From an uncultured Acidobacteriota bacterium (GTDB taxonomy: Bacteria; Acidobacteriota; UBA6911), in assembly GCA_963809485.1 (NCBI GenBank), contig CAWEJX010000009.1, forward strand, positions 1-64,000: a DNA stretch of 64,000 bases, read 5' to 3'. Under the pieces are notes generated by a model that was not told the DNA's origin, ran no database searches, and saw nothing but the letters and a program-made list of their open reading frames with translations. This document shows positions 39,407-50,304 of the stretch, piece by piece. Each line of letters opens with the position of its first letter. Within the stretch, counting starts at the first letter, position 1. Position numbers and translations under genes: made by a program.

Positions 39407-40276
39407 ATGAGCCAGAACTGGCAGAGTCCCGTGGAAACCAGGATTGTCCCAAATGAAACCATTCCTGCGCAGCTGTTCGCGTGCTTCGCGGACGTCAGTC
39501 CGGAGGCCGGAGCAGCACTGAACCGTTTTTATGAAACCGGCGCAAATCTCCCTAAAGACATGTCGGACCTGCACCGGCAGCATTTGCTGCACAACCACAG
39601 CCTGGGTGAGAGCGGATCTATATGGGAAGGAGGACCTTCGGCGGGCTTTAATAGGGCCCTCTGGATCTATTCGACACCGGATCTGGAATCCGCAAAACAA
39701 CGGTTCCGCGACGATCCCTTTTACAGGGCAGGCATTCTCAAAAATGACTGGTGGATGGGATGGTCGGTCCACACCCCCTACTGGAAGACAAGCCAGGCAA
39801 TGCGGGATGGTATCGAGGGGCTCATGCGAGGCATCGGCGCGTTGCCGTCCTACCCGCCGGGCGTTAATCCGGCGGTTTCATTAATAACCGTCGAGGTCGT
39901 AACCCCGCCGAAGCTTTTCGTATCCCTTGCCAGGGCGGAGGCCACGCGCCTTAAGAAGATCGAGGACGACGACAAAGCCAGAAGGCCGATACCATCATTC
40001 CTGGTGCAGCACGCTTTCAACCGGCTTGGCCCGGGGGGCACTACGTCCATGGGGTATGACTGGGAAAGCGGGCCGTCCGCCGATTCGCTTTACGATCTGA
40101 CGATTTTTTCGGTCGGCTCAATCGAGATGGCCCGGCAGCTGCGGGAAAATGACCCCTTCACGCAGAACGGCCTGTTTTATGATCCGGACTATTTCGAGTG
40201 GTTCATTCACACGCCCTTGAGAAAGGCATCTCCGGGTCGGCGTGAACTGCTGCAGCGCCTGCTCCGGCAGTCTTGA
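39407..40276 (+). CDS. Tandem YciI-like domain protein
   Basis: Two repeats of GPS...(L/I)E.A....DPF...G.(F/L): DLESAKQRFRDDPFYRAGI and SIEMARQLRENDPFTQNGLF. Confidence 0.6.
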   Translation: MSQNWQSPVETRIVPNETIPAQLFACFADVSPEAGAALNRFYETGANLPKDMSDLHRQHLLHNHSLGESGSIWEGGPSAGFNRALWIYSTPDLESAKQRFRDDPFYRAGILKNDWWMGWSVHTPYWKTSQAMRDGIEGLMRGIGALPSYPPGVNPAVSLITVEVVTPPKLFVSLARAEATRLKKIEDDDKARRPIPSFLVQHAFNRLGPGGTTSMGYDWESGPSADSLYDLTIFSVGSIEMARQLRENDPFTQNGLFYDPDYFEWFIHTPLRKASPGRRELLQRLLRQS

Positions 40277-40378
40277 AGTGCTCGGGTCCCTGATTCCCAG
40301 CGGCACCGGTTAAAACCCTCGGGTAAAGCAGAGAAACTGCTGATTTGACCTCAAACCCTCGATGACTCCAGGGAGAGG

Positions 40379-42439
40379 CTAAATGGCTCTGGCGACGCGA
40401 TAGGCGTTTCCTATGGCGTTCATGATGTAGCCGGGCTCCTTGTCATCGATTCCGATGAGATAAGCTTCGGGGACTTTTCCCTTAATGGCGCTCAAAAGCT
40501 CCGTTTTGAGCCTCGGGTTTGTGGCCGCTATAATTGTATCGGCCTCAAGGAGACGCCGCTTCCCTTCTTTGGTGGTGACGGCCAGTCCCTGGTCGGTGAT
40601 TTCCGCATACCGGACTTCAGGCATCGTGATTACCTTTTGCATCAAGGGGAATCTCATCAGCGGATCACCACCCAATATTTTTCCCTCGTCCACCAATGTG
40701 ACTTCCCTGCAGCGCCCGGCCAGGAAGTCAGCCAGACCGCAGCCCTCTATGGTTCCGCCGATGATGACAACCCTCTTCCCGACGGAATCCCAATATTTGT
40801 TCATGCCTCTCATGATCCCGGGCTCGACCAGCTCAAGATCATCCTTCATTTTCAGGTAGAGCTCCTCGATGCCGACTACGTTGCTTCCGTTTATTCCAGG
40901 TATCTCCGGATGGACCGGTATTCTTCCCGTAGCCAGTATGACCGCGTCCGGATTTAATTCCCCGATGGCGGATTGATGGAACTCTTTTCCCAGGTTGATG
41001 CGGACTCCGAGTTTCGTAATCTGGTTTTTGAGATAATCAGCCAGTATCGTCACGTCGCAGTCGACGTCCAGCCCTCTCACCACGGCAACCCAGGGCAGGA
41101 GGCCTCCTAACCGGTTCTCTTTCTCATAGAGAATGACTTCGTGGCCACGGATCGCCGCCACTCGCGCCGCTTCCATTCCCGCGGGCCCGCCGCCCACCAC
41201 CACAATTTTCTTTTTCCTCGGCGCAGGCGGGATTGCATAAGTTTCATCGCTGCCCAAAGCAGCATTCACTCTGCACCGAATTGGCACAAACTCGCCCCGT
41301 AGGATATTGAGGAACAGGGCCCTGGAACAGTCACCGCAGTCGGGGCAATAGGCAACATCCTCAACCCTGCCTGCGGCCAGCTTGTGGGCGATTTCGGGGT
41401 CCGCCATGAGGCCTTTGCACATGCCGATAAAGTCCGCCTTGCCCTCCCGCAGAACCTGTTCCCCCACTACGGGGTCCAGTCCCCCTACAGTAATGACGGG
41501 TATAGAGACTACCTTTTTCACTGCGGCAGCCAGGGGCGCCATTGCTCCCTTTCCCCCATGGCTCCAGTCGAGCTCCTTCGGCAGCGGTTTGGTATTCTCG
41601 GAATGATAGATCCCTTTGGGAGAAGCGTCGATGCTGTCAAAACCATGATAGCCGAAGGCTCTCACATGGATGGCATCCACTCCGGCATTCTGCAGTATCG
41701 CGGCGAAGCCCTGGGCTTCGCCAATGGTTATGCCGTTTTCGATGTGGAGCTCCAGTCCGTTAATCAGCGTTGTGACCGGGTAGTCCGGTCCGAGACGTTT
41801 TTTGATTTCGCGTATGATTTCAACCAGAAACCTGGCCCGATTTTCAAGGTTTGGGCAACCGTATTTGTCCTGACGTTTGTTCCAGGCACGGGACAGGAAG
41901 CTGTTGATCAGGTGCATTCGGGCGGCATTAACCTCGACCCCGTCGAATCCGGCCTGCCGGGCCCGCACGGCCGCACCGGCGAACTTGTCCACGAGATCCT
42001 CAATCTCCGCAATTGTCAGCTCTCTGGGGATCATGGACGCCATTAATTCGGATCTTTCTTTTTCAGTAAGGCTGGAAGAGGAAATTGTCTGCAGGCCCTT
42101 TTCAAGCATCGCCTGAGGACCGGCATGGAACAGCTGCATAAATGCGGGGCAGTCATGCCGGTGAATTGCGTCGGCTATTTCTTTGAATGCCGGAATATTC
42201 GTGTCATCCACGAGGTGTCTGCGGGTGATGGGTATGGTAACGCCCCTGGGGTATTCAACCGCAACGTCCCCCCAGATAATCAGGCCTGCACCGCCGCGGG
42301 CAATGGACTCGAGAAAGGCCCTGTTTATGCTGCCGATATCTTCCGCTCCGCCGCAGGTTTTGACGATCCGGTTTTTGGTCCGCACTTTCCCTATCTGGCC
42401 TGGCTCCAGCATTTTTTCGAATTTGACTGTTCCGTTCAT
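40379..42439 (-). CDS. NADH:flavin oxidoreductase (Old Yellow Enzyme + Fe-S + FAD; FadH/BaiCD-like)
   Basis: KNRIVK, ARGGAGLI, AGFDGVEVN, NKRQDKYG..LENRARF, CPDCGDC...C, VVGGGPAGMEAA. Confidence 0.9.
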   Translation of the reverse strand: MNGTVKFEKMLEPGQIGKVRTKNRIVKTCGGAEDIGSINRAFLESIARGGAGLIIWGDVAVEYPRGVTIPITRRHLVDDTNIPAFKEIADAIHRHDCPAFMQLFHAGPQAMLEKGLQTISSSSLTEKERSELMASMIPRELTIAEIEDLVDKFAGAAVRARQAGFDGVEVNAARMHLINSFLSRAWNKRQDKYGCPNLENRARFLVEIIREIKKRLGPDYPVTTLINGLELHIENGITIGEAQGFAAILQNAGVDAIHVRAFGYHGFDSIDASPKGIYHSENTKPLPKELDWSHGGKGAMAPLAAAVKKVVSIPVITVGGLDPVVGEQVLREGKADFIGMCKGLMADPEIAHKLAAGRVEDVAYCPDCGDCSRALFLNILRGEFVPIRCRVNAALGSDETYAIPPAPRKKKIVVVGGGPAGMEAARVAAIRGHEVILYEKENRLGGLLPWVAVVRGLDVDCDVTILADYLKNQITKLGVRINLGKEFHQSAIGELNPDAVILATGRIPVHPEIPGINGSNVVGIEELYLKMKDDLELVEPGIMRGMNKYWDSVGKRVVIIGGTIEGCGLADFLAGRCREVTLVDEGKILGGDPLMRFPLMQKVITMPEVRYAEITDQGLAVTTKEGKRRLLEADTIIAATNPRLKTELLSAIKGKVPEAYLIGIDDKEPGYIMNAIGNAYRVARAI

Positions 42440-42862
42440 TGGAAGATCTCCTCATGGTTGGTGCATCGTCTGCGTAGGCGAGCCTGACAGTGCAGCCGGG
42501 CGTGTCATGCTATTTGCTTTTGTCGGTCGGATGATTCTAACATTCTCCGCTTGCCCCCGGACAAACGTTTTACCCCAATGCAGTCAGTCCGGATCTATCA
42601 CGGGTTTTCCGCCGGCACCCCCCATCCCGGCATTTACCGTCATGTTGCGGACCTCAAGCCGCAGACCGCCATGTGCCACCTGGGGCCTGAAATGATAGGA
42701 TTCGTAACTCCCCCGCCGCGTGTTTCCCTGAGGCATGAGAGCTATCTCCATGCGCCGATTCGCTTCAATCCGAATTTGCACTGGCTTTGGGCGCGCATTG
42801 AGTGGAAAATCTGCTTTCCTTTGAACGCCGTCACCGGAAGGCCAGACCGGAGAATCGATATT

Positions 42863-43786
42863 ATGCATTATGCTCTGATACAGGACGTCTTCGTCAACAA
42901 TCTCCTCCCCGTCCTCCTGTGTGCCGCGGCCGGATTCGTGTTGGGCCGGACTTTGCATCCTGACATCAAGACGGCGTCCTGGATGGCCTTCTACATCTTC
43001 AGCCCATGCCTGGTCTTCGTGTCTCTGGTGCAGGTGAAAACATCCGGAGCCGAGTTTGCCGGGCTCGCGCTTTTTACCCTTGCGGTGAGCATCATTATCG
43101 GGGGATTGGCTTATCTGACCGGCCGATCCCTGAGAGCCGACCGGCACCTGATCGCCAGCATGGTGGTGGCGTCCATGTTCGTCAACAGCGGGAACTATGG
43201 CCTTGCGGCAACCAAGTTCGCCTTTGGCGAGGAAGCATTGGCAAAAGCTTTGGTTTGCTTCGTCTTCGGAACAGTAGTCGTATACACGCTGGGGGTATTG
43301 GTTGCCTCGATGGGAAAGCTCTCGGCGGGCCAGGCGGTGCGCCGCTTGCTGATGGTTCCCGCCATCTACGGCCTGGTTGCGGCTGGATTAGTCCGCCAGA
43401 TGGATTGGCAAATGCCTTTGTTCCTGGATCGATCGGTTTCCCTGCTCGGCGACGCATCCATCCCGCTCATGCTGGTCCTTTTGGGGCTTCAGATTGCGGA
43501 AGCCCGGGTATGGCCCCGGGACAGGATGGTGCTGATCGGGGCTTCGGCATTCCTGCAGCTTGTCGTGACCCCATTCATTGCGCTGCTTGTAGCGCACTGG
43601 CTGGGATTAGCGGGAACGGCGCGCCAGGCCGGTGTCCTGCAGGCATCCATGCCCGCGGCGGTTGTAACCACCGTCCTTGCCGTTCAGTATGACCTGGATC
43701 AAAGGCTCGTAAGCGGCGTCGTCGTCCTGACAACGATCCTGAGCCCGCTGACGCTGACTCCGCTGATTGCCTATCTGCTTAGCTGA
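42863..43786 (+). CDS. AEC family (auxin efflux carrier-like) transporter
   Basis: YIFSPCLVF, NSGNYGL, SIPLMLVLLGLQ, SMPAAV; about 10 TM segments. Confidence 0.88.
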   Translation: MHYALIQDVFVNNLLPVLLCAAAGFVLGRTLHPDIKTASWMAFYIFSPCLVFVSLVQVKTSGAEFAGLALFTLAVSIIIGGLAYLTGRSLRADRHLIASMVVASMFVNSGNYGLAATKFAFGEEALAKALVCFVFGTVVVYTLGVLVASMGKLSAGQAVRRLLMVPAIYGLVAAGLVRQMDWQMPLFLDRSVSLLGDASIPLMLVLLGLQIAEARVWPRDRMVLIGASAFLQLVVTPFIALLVAHWLGLAGTARQAGVLQASMPAAVVTTVLAVQYDLDQRLVSGVVVLTTILSPLTLTPLIAYLLS

Positions 43787-44297
43787 TCCGCGGCTTCATG
43801 AGCTCCATGATTATGGGTCACCGACCCTCATTCTGATTTTTTTATCAGCATTCATCAGCGCTTATGTCAGCGTAGGTCAGCGTTACCGGATCAGGGAGCC
43901 TTCCTGTCCTCTACCGGAGCAATGGCTGCATTTTGATGCAGTCATTATCTTATCGCTCCATTCCGGTCGTGATTCCTCGCAGCAGATGGACAGAGTCCTT
44001 ATCTACGGCTTCTTTGCGTTTTGCAAAGAAGTTTTTCTTCCCTTTTGGAATCAAGCACTTTTGCGCTTCCATTTGGAAGCTGAACGCTGAAAGCTGATAG
44101 CGCGCGGCCATCGCCAATGTCGGATATTTTGGCTGCGGCCCCGGGCAGCGCCAGGCTGAAATCTCCCGGAAAAGACATCCAATTTGCACGCTTGTTTAAA
44201 CGCTGCAAAAAATTGAACGTCGCTATATGGTATTTTTCTGTTACACTTAAGGTTTGGAAGGCCGATTTGTCGGCAGAAGCGTTAATAGGCGGCGATT

Positions 44298-45842
44298 ATG
44301 ACCTTTATGCAGAGGATCGTGGATTTCTTTACACGGAAATCAACCGTCTCAAAAGGCGGCGGCGAGCAGGCCATCATCAAGCAGAGGGCCGGCGGCAAAC
44401 TGACCGCACGGGAGCGGATCGCTGCTCTGCTGGATGAGGGTTCCTTCCATGAGTACGACCTGTTCGTCGAACACAACTGTCAGGATTTCGGCATGGACGG
44501 CAAGGAGCTTGCCGCTGACGGTGTCATTACCGGCTCGGGAACTATCGACGGCCGCCCGATCTGCATCTATGCGCAGGACTTCACCGTGGCCGGCGGTTCC
44601 CTTGGCCTGATGCACGCCCGCAAAATCACCAAGGTGCTGGATCACGCAATAAAGATGGGCATCCCCATTATCGGCATCAACGACTCCGGGGGCGCACGGA
44701 TCCAGGAAGGCGTCAACTCGCTGGCCGGCTACGGCGAGATTTTCTACCGCAACACCCTGGCTTCCGGCGTCGTACCCCAGATCTCCGTAGTTCTCGGGCC
44801 ATGCGCCGGCGGTGCCGTCTATTCACCGGCGCTGACCGACTTCGTTTTCGTCGTGAATCAAATTTCCAAAATGTTCATCACCGGGCCGGAAGTCGTCAAG
44901 ACGGTGCTCGGCGAGGAAATCTCGATGGAAGAGCTCGGCGGGGCGCGTGTCCAGGCCGAGACGGCGGGCAATGCCCACTTTTTTGCCAACAGCGAGCAAG
45001 AGTGCTTTGAACAGATCCGCAAACTGATCAGCTTCCTGCCCGACAGCAACAGGCAGAAGGCAGGGACCATCGAGCCGAAGAAGCCCAAGCCGTCCTACAG
45101 GATAGAGCACCTGATTCCCAAGGACTCCAAAATCCCGTTCGACGTGCGCGACATTGTGCGCGCGTTGGTCGACGACTCGGAGTTTTTCGAGGTTCAGGAA
45201 CTGTTCGCCACCAATGCGGTTATCGGCTTCAGCCGGATCAACGGGGAAACCGTCGGCATCATCGGCAACCAGGCAATGGTGCTCGCCGGGGTTCTGGATA
45301 TCGACGCCTCAGACAAAATCGCCCGCTTCGTCCGGTTCTGCGACAGTTTCAACATTCCTCTGGTCACCCTGGTCGACATCCCCGGCTATCTCCCGGGCTC
45401 CGACCAGGAACATAACGGCGTAATCCGCCACGGCGCCAAGGTTCTTTATGCCTACAGCGAAGCGACCGTGCCGAAGATTACGGTGATTTTGCGCAAGGCA
45501 TACGGCGGCGGTTACATCGCCATGTGCTCCCTTCACCTTCGAGCCGACTTCGTCTTCGCATGGCCCACGGCCGAAATTGCCGTAATGGGGCCCGAAGGAG
45601 CCGCAAACATCATCTTCCGCAACGAAATCATGTCGGCGGAAAATCCCGAGGAAATGCGCAAAATCAAGGTCAAAGAATACACCGACAAGTTCGCCAATCC
45701 CTATGTCGCGGCTTCCAGCGGTTATGTGGATGCGGTCATCACCCCGGAAGAGACACGCGCCTATGTTGCCCATGCACTGAAAATAGCACACAATAAAGGC
45801 GTATCGCTGCCGGCCAGGAAACATGGCATCCCGCCGTTCTAA
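44298..45842 (+). CDS. Acyl-CoA carboxylase beta / methylmalonyl-CoA decarboxylase alpha (carboxyltransferase)
   Basis: GKLTARERI, QDFTVAGGSLG, DSGGARIQEG, GPCAGGAVY, RKAYGGGY, KHGIPPF. Confidence 0.93.
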   Translation: MTFMQRIVDFFTRKSTVSKGGGEQAIIKQRAGGKLTARERIAALLDEGSFHEYDLFVEHNCQDFGMDGKELAADGVITGSGTIDGRPICIYAQDFTVAGGSLGLMHARKITKVLDHAIKMGIPIIGINDSGGARIQEGVNSLAGYGEIFYRNTLASGVVPQISVVLGPCAGGAVYSPALTDFVFVVNQISKMFITGPEVVKTVLGEEISMEELGGARVQAETAGNAHFFANSEQECFEQIRKLISFLPDSNRQKAGTIEPKKPKPSYRIEHLIPKDSKIPFDVRDIVRALVDDSEFFEVQELFATNAVIGFSRINGETVGIIGNQAMVLAGVLDIDASDKIARFVRFCDSFNIPLVTLVDIPGYLPGSDQEHNGVIRHGAKVLYAYSEATVPKITVILRKAYGGGYIAMCSLHLRADFVFAWPTAEIAVMGPEGAANIIFRNEIMSAENPEEMRKIKVKEYTDKFANPYVAASSGYVDAVITPEETRAYVAHALKIAHNKGVSLPARKHGIPPF

Positions 45843-45863
45843 GTTTTAGACAGGAGACCCACG

Positions 45864-46181
45864 GTGAGCGAGCAGGAAAAATTCGACCGGATCGAACTGG
45901 AAAACGGTGTCTTCGAAACGCGGCTGACCAAAAAGTTTGCCCTTCGCAAACCCTATGAGAGAATGGATCCGCGCGTCATCAAGGCGGTTATTCCCGGCGT
46001 CGTGGCCGAAATCGATACCAGGGTCGGAAAAACGGTCAGGCAGGGCGACACAATGATGATCCTCGAGGCCATGAAAATGCTCAACAGGATCAAGGCGCCG
46101 CAGGATGGAACCGTCAAAGTCATCCGCGTAGCTGCGGGCGAAAAGGTGGCCAAAGGCCAGGTTCTAATGGAACTTGAATAG
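45864..46181 (+). CDS. Biotin carboxyl carrier protein
   Basis: LEAMKM biotinylation motif. Confidence 0.9.
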   Translation: MSEQEKFDRIELENGVFETRLTKKFALRKPYERMDPRVIKAVIPGVVAEIDTRVGKTVRQGDTMMILEAMKMLNRIKAPQDGTVKVIRVAAGEKVAKGQVLMELE

Positions 46182-46259
46182 TCCTCCGGACGCCCAAAAC
46201 CGAGCCGCAATAAGCGGCTCATCCAATCTATCGCGCAGCTTCCCGCCTGGATTTTTTTG

Positions 46260-47630
46260 TCAGCGTTCCCCGGCGCATTCTTCAGCGTGCGTCCGCGCTA
46301 CCAGGGCGCGAACCTTTTTCCTGATCCGGGAGCCCAGAAGAATTCCCGCGACCACCAGCCCGGCCAGGAAACCATACCAGATGCCTTCCGCTCCCATTTT
46401 AAGGGTGAAAGCACAAAAGTAGCTGACAGACAGGCCGACAACCAGGTACGAGAATCCCGCAATGGCCATGGGGGCTCTGACATCGGCAAATCCGCGCAAT
46501 ATGCCCAGGCAGACCACCTGGAGACCGTCGAACAACTGGAACAATGCGGCGATCACCAGTAGCGAAGCCGACATATGAATCACGCGCGCATCATTCGTGA
46601 AAATATGGGGCAACTGATGACGGAATATCAGGAATCCCAAACCGCAGAGTCCCATATAGGTCAGCACCAGGTGCATGGCTGAAAAGGAAATCCGCTCCAT
46701 ACTCTCGAAATTGCGTGTCCCCAATTGAAAGCTCACGCGGATAGTCGTTGCCATGGCCACTCCGTTGGCAACCATGAAGGTGAAGCTGGCCAGTCCCATG
46801 GCCACCTGATGCGACGCGAGGGGAACGTCGCCCAGCCAGCCCATCATCACGGCGCTGAGAGTAAAAGCTGAGACCTCCAGCACCAGTTGCCCCGAGATGG
46901 GCAGCCCCACGCTGAAAATCTTCCGGATCTGATTCGAGGAAGCCTGAACGGTGCGCATCAATACGAAATAATGCCTGATGGACCCGAGGTGCATGAATCC
47001 GGCATATAGCAGCAACGGCATGGCGATTCGCGAGATGAGCGTTGCATATCCGGCTCCCAGCAAGCCCAGTTTCGGAAAACCCATTTTCCCGAATATCAGT
47101 ATATAGTTCAGAACAACATTGAGCAGGTTCGACAGGATTGTGGCCACCATGGCCATAAGCGTATTGCCCAATCCCTCGCCGATCTGCTTCAACAGCGCAA
47201 AAAAAAGAAATGGGATAATGGACACGACAAGGGTGAGGTAATAGGGGATCGCCAGACGGGCCACCTCCTCAGGTTGACCCATGTGAGGCATGAGCCAGAC
47301 CAGCGACCACGAAACGAGCGTGATGACCGGAAGCAGCAATGCCGACAGGGCAAAACCGCTTTTCATGACAGTGGCCACCAGCTGATCGTCGTTGGCGCCG
47401 CGGGCGTGTGCGGTCAGGGGAGTTACACCCAGGAAGAGGCCCAATCCGAACAGCATGATCACGATATAGACGCTGTTGGCAAACGATGCGGCCGCCAGCT
47501 CCGCTGTCCCGACACGGCCGACCATGGCATTGTCGACCAGCTGCACGGTCATTTGCCCCGCCTGGGTCAACACCAAAGGGATCGCCAGATTCAGGAGCCG
47601 AATGTAATGGGGTATGTATTTATGAACCAT
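46260..47630 (-). CDS. MATE family efflux transporter (NorM-like)
   Basis: LAIPLVL, DNAMVGRVG..ELAA, LFQLFDGLQVV..GILRG. Confidence 0.92.
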   Translation of the reverse strand: MVHKYIPHYIRLLNLAIPLVLTQAGQMTVQLVDNAMVGRVGTAELAAASFANSVYIVIMLFGLGLFLGVTPLTAHARGANDDQLVATVMKSGFALSALLLPVITLVSWSLVWLMPHMGQPEEVARLAIPYYLTLVVSIIPFLFFALLKQIGEGLGNTLMAMVATILSNLLNVVLNYILIFGKMGFPKLGLLGAGYATLISRIAMPLLLYAGFMHLGSIRHYFVLMRTVQASSNQIRKIFSVGLPISGQLVLEVSAFTLSAVMMGWLGDVPLASHQVAMGLASFTFMVANGVAMATTIRVSFQLGTRNFESMERISFSAMHLVLTYMGLCGLGFLIFRHQLPHIFTNDARVIHMSASLLVIAALFQLFDGLQVVCLGILRGFADVRAPMAIAGFSYLVVGLSVSYFCAFTLKMGAEGIWYGFLAGLVVAGILLGSRIRKKVRALVARTHAEECAGER

Positions 47631-48021
47631 AAGAGGCCAGGCTTCGGAGCGTCACCCGGAGCAAATGAAACATTTCAACAATCCTTGAGGCCGGAGGCTC
47701 GATTGCGAACCGCCCACACCATGCCGATGATCGGCACCGGCCTGAACCGCTGACAGTCGATTGCGGCAGCCGATGAATTTCGCCTCGAGGTTCATCTTTC
47801 GTCAGCGCCTCGATCTGCGCAAGTCGGCATTCGTTGATCCTGAAACTGTCAGACTCCGCAAATCCCGCGGCAAAGTCAGGCAATTTCCGATGCATTTATC
47901 TAACGGATCCCCGAATGTGTCACGGGAAAAAAATTGTCCCGCGGCAAACCGGCCACTCGATCCCGCTTTGTCCTTGACTCGCCCCTTTTTTCATACAAAA
48001 TCAAGCAAAGGGAGAAAATAC

Positions 48022-49893
48022 ATGTATTCCGGTGGCTATGCAGGCAAAATACTCAGGATTAACCTGACCAACAAAACGTCGAAAGAGGAGCCGCTGCAGG
48101 AACAATTGGCCCGGGACTTCATTGGCGGCGCCGGTTTTGCCATTAAATATCTCTTCGACGAGGTAAAAGCCGGGACCGACCCTCTCTGTCCCGACAACAA
48201 ACTCATCTTCGCCTGCGGTCCTTTCACGGGGGCCGGGGTGCCTTGCTCGAGCAGGATGTCGGTTGCGGGAAAGTCGCCCCTCACCGGCGCTGTCGGCCTG
48301 GCCTTGTCCGGCGGACACTTCCCCGTCGAAATGAAATATGCCGGGTGGGACGTAATCATTATAGAAGGCAAGGCGGACAAACCCACCTATGTGGCGATTA
48401 CGGGGAATGCCGTAAGGTTCCGTGACGCTGCCCGAAGCTGGGGAACCCTCACCTTTGACTGCCAGCAAATCATCAAGGATGAGCTGCAGGACCAGAACGT
48501 GCGGGTCTGCTGCATCGGTCCCGCCGGCGAGCGCTTGTGCCGAATCGCCGGCATCATCAACGAACGCCGGGCGCTCGGCCGCAAGGGTTTGGGCGCCGTC
48601 ATGGGATCCAAGAACCTGAAGGCCATCGCTGTCCGGGGAGTGGAACCCATTCCTATCGCTTCGGAGGAAAAGTACAGGAAGTCCCGCGCCGCCCTGCTCA
48701 AGGCCTTCAAAGAGAGCCCTGTCCTCTATCCCGAATTCGCGCAGCATGGCACCCCTATGGTGGTGGAAGTGACAAGCGCCATGGGCATCCTGCCCGCGAA
48801 GAACTGGACGGCAACGGGCCAGTTCGTTCCCGAGGGGCTCGGTCTTGAATCGCAAACGACGCGGAAGATCGGCAAGGAACACTGTCATGACTGTCCGGTC
48901 GGCTGCAGCCAGATGAAAATGGCAAAGAGAGGCGATTACGCCGGCATCCTTTCGGAAGGCCCGGACTTCGAAACGGTTTACGCTTTCGGAAGCAACAACG
49001 GCATCGACGATATCGATAGCGTCATCGCGGCCGACCGGCTCGCCGACGAACTGGGCCTCGATAGTGTTTCTTCGGGAGTCACTATCGGTTTTGCCATGGA
49101 GTGTTTTGAGAAGGGCATTCTCACGCTCAAGGACACGGACGGCATCGATTTGCGCTTCGGAAACGACGCAGCCATGATAAAAGTCCTGCGCAAGATGGCT
49201 TTCCGCGACGGCATCGGCGATCTCCTCGCAGACGGAAGCCTGGCTGCAGCGAAGAAAATCGGCAGGGGGACGGAAAAGTTCGCTATCCAGGTCAAGGGGC
49301 TCGAGCTCGCCGGATATGACGTACGGGGTGCAAAAGCCCACGGCCTGAACTATGCCACTGCCTATACCGGCGCGGACCATTGCAAAGGCTATGCCTTCCA
49401 GGAGATCTTCGGCTTGCCCGTACCCCATCAGGTAGACCGCCTTGCCATTGAGGGCAAGGGCAAGCTCACGATGTGGAATCAGGACATCCAGGCAGTCACC
49501 TGTGACTGCGCCCCCATGTGCAAATTCCTTCTCGATATGGCTATCCCGCAGATTGCCTGTCAGAACACGGCGGATCTCATGGAGGCGATTACGGGGCTGC
49601 CCTTTACTCCCGAAGAAGTGATGAAGGTGGGTGAAAGGCTCACGAACGTGGCGAAAGCCTTCAACGTCCGGGAGGGCTTCACGCGCGCCGATGATACTTT
49701 GCCGGAAAGGCTGATGACGGAACCTCTGAAAGCAGGCGCCTCCAAGGGACAGCTGATCAGCAGGAAAGACCTCGATACGATGCTTGATGAATACTATTCC
49801 GAGCGGGGATGGGATGTGAAAACAGGGATGCCCACACGCGCAAAGCTCGCAGAGCTGGGGCTGGGATATATCGCGGACGCGCTGAATTTATAG
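48022..49893 (+). CDS. aor: Aldehyde:ferredoxin oxidoreductase (W/Mo-bis-pterin AOR family)
   Basis: GYAGKILRINL, KSPLTG, IGPAGE, GLGAVMGSKNLKAI, CHDCPVGC, EYYSERGWD..GMPT. GGGAG RBS. Confidence 0.93.
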   Translation: MYSGGYAGKILRINLTNKTSKEEPLQEQLARDFIGGAGFAIKYLFDEVKAGTDPLCPDNKLIFACGPFTGAGVPCSSRMSVAGKSPLTGAVGLALSGGHFPVEMKYAGWDVIIIEGKADKPTYVAITGNAVRFRDAARSWGTLTFDCQQIIKDELQDQNVRVCCIGPAGERLCRIAGIINERRALGRKGLGAVMGSKNLKAIAVRGVEPIPIASEEKYRKSRAALLKAFKESPVLYPEFAQHGTPMVVEVTSAMGILPAKNWTATGQFVPEGLGLESQTTRKIGKEHCHDCPVGCSQMKMAKRGDYAGILSEGPDFETVYAFGSNNGIDDIDSVIAADRLADELGLDSVSSGVTIGFAMECFEKGILTLKDTDGIDLRFGNDAAMIKVLRKMAFRDGIGDLLADGSLAAAKKIGRGTEKFAIQVKGLELAGYDVRGAKAHGLNYATAYTGADHCKGYAFQEIFGLPVPHQVDRLAIEGKGKLTMWNQDIQAVTCDCAPMCKFLLDMAIPQIACQNTADLMEAITGLPFTPEEVMKVGERLTNVAKAFNVREGFTRADDTLPERLMTEPLKAGASKGQLISRKDLDTMLDEYYSERGWDVKTGMPTRAKLAELGLGYIADALNL

Positions 49894-49905
49894 GTTTGGA
49901 TCTTC

Positions 49906-50193
49906 ATGAAGATTACGCTCCAAACTGTTATGGGACTCAAGCAGGTCGTCGGCCAGAGGCTGATGGAGATTGACCTTCCCCAGGGATCGACGGTTGACGA
50001 CTTCGTTGCATTAATGAAAGAAAGGTGGGGGGACAAGCTCTCCCCTCATTTTATTGACCCCCACAGCGGCAGCGTTCATCCCCACGTGCGCATCATGGTC
50101 AACGGCCAGACGATTCAATTTCTCAAGGGAATGCAGACCATGCTGAATGACGGGGATGAGGTGGTGATCCTGCCGCTGGTCTCCGGCGGATAA
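49906..50193 (+). CDS. moaD: MoaD/ThiS family sulfur carrier
   Basis: Ubiquitin-like fold, IMVNG...LNDGDEVVILPLVSGG C-terminus; adjacent to aor. Confidence 0.85.
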   Translation: MKITLQTVMGLKQVVGQRLMEIDLPQGSTVDDFVALMKERWGDKLSPHFIDPHSGSVHPHVRIMVNGQTIQFLKGMQTMLNDGDEVVILPLVSGG

Positions 50194-50304
50194 ATCCAAA
50201 GCTCTGAAAAAGACGCCACGGATTGCGCGGAATCAAAAGAATAAATCCTGTGGAATTGGTGGTTTTTTGCATTTGCGCACCTGAAACTTGATTGGAGCGA
50301 ATTA

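Noticed and set aside
48001-49428. Long antisense ORFs (e.g. 48001-49428, 58661-59962, 60465-61577, 51837-52904)
   Set aside because: Shadow frames opposite well-supported genes, expected in GC-rich coding DNA.
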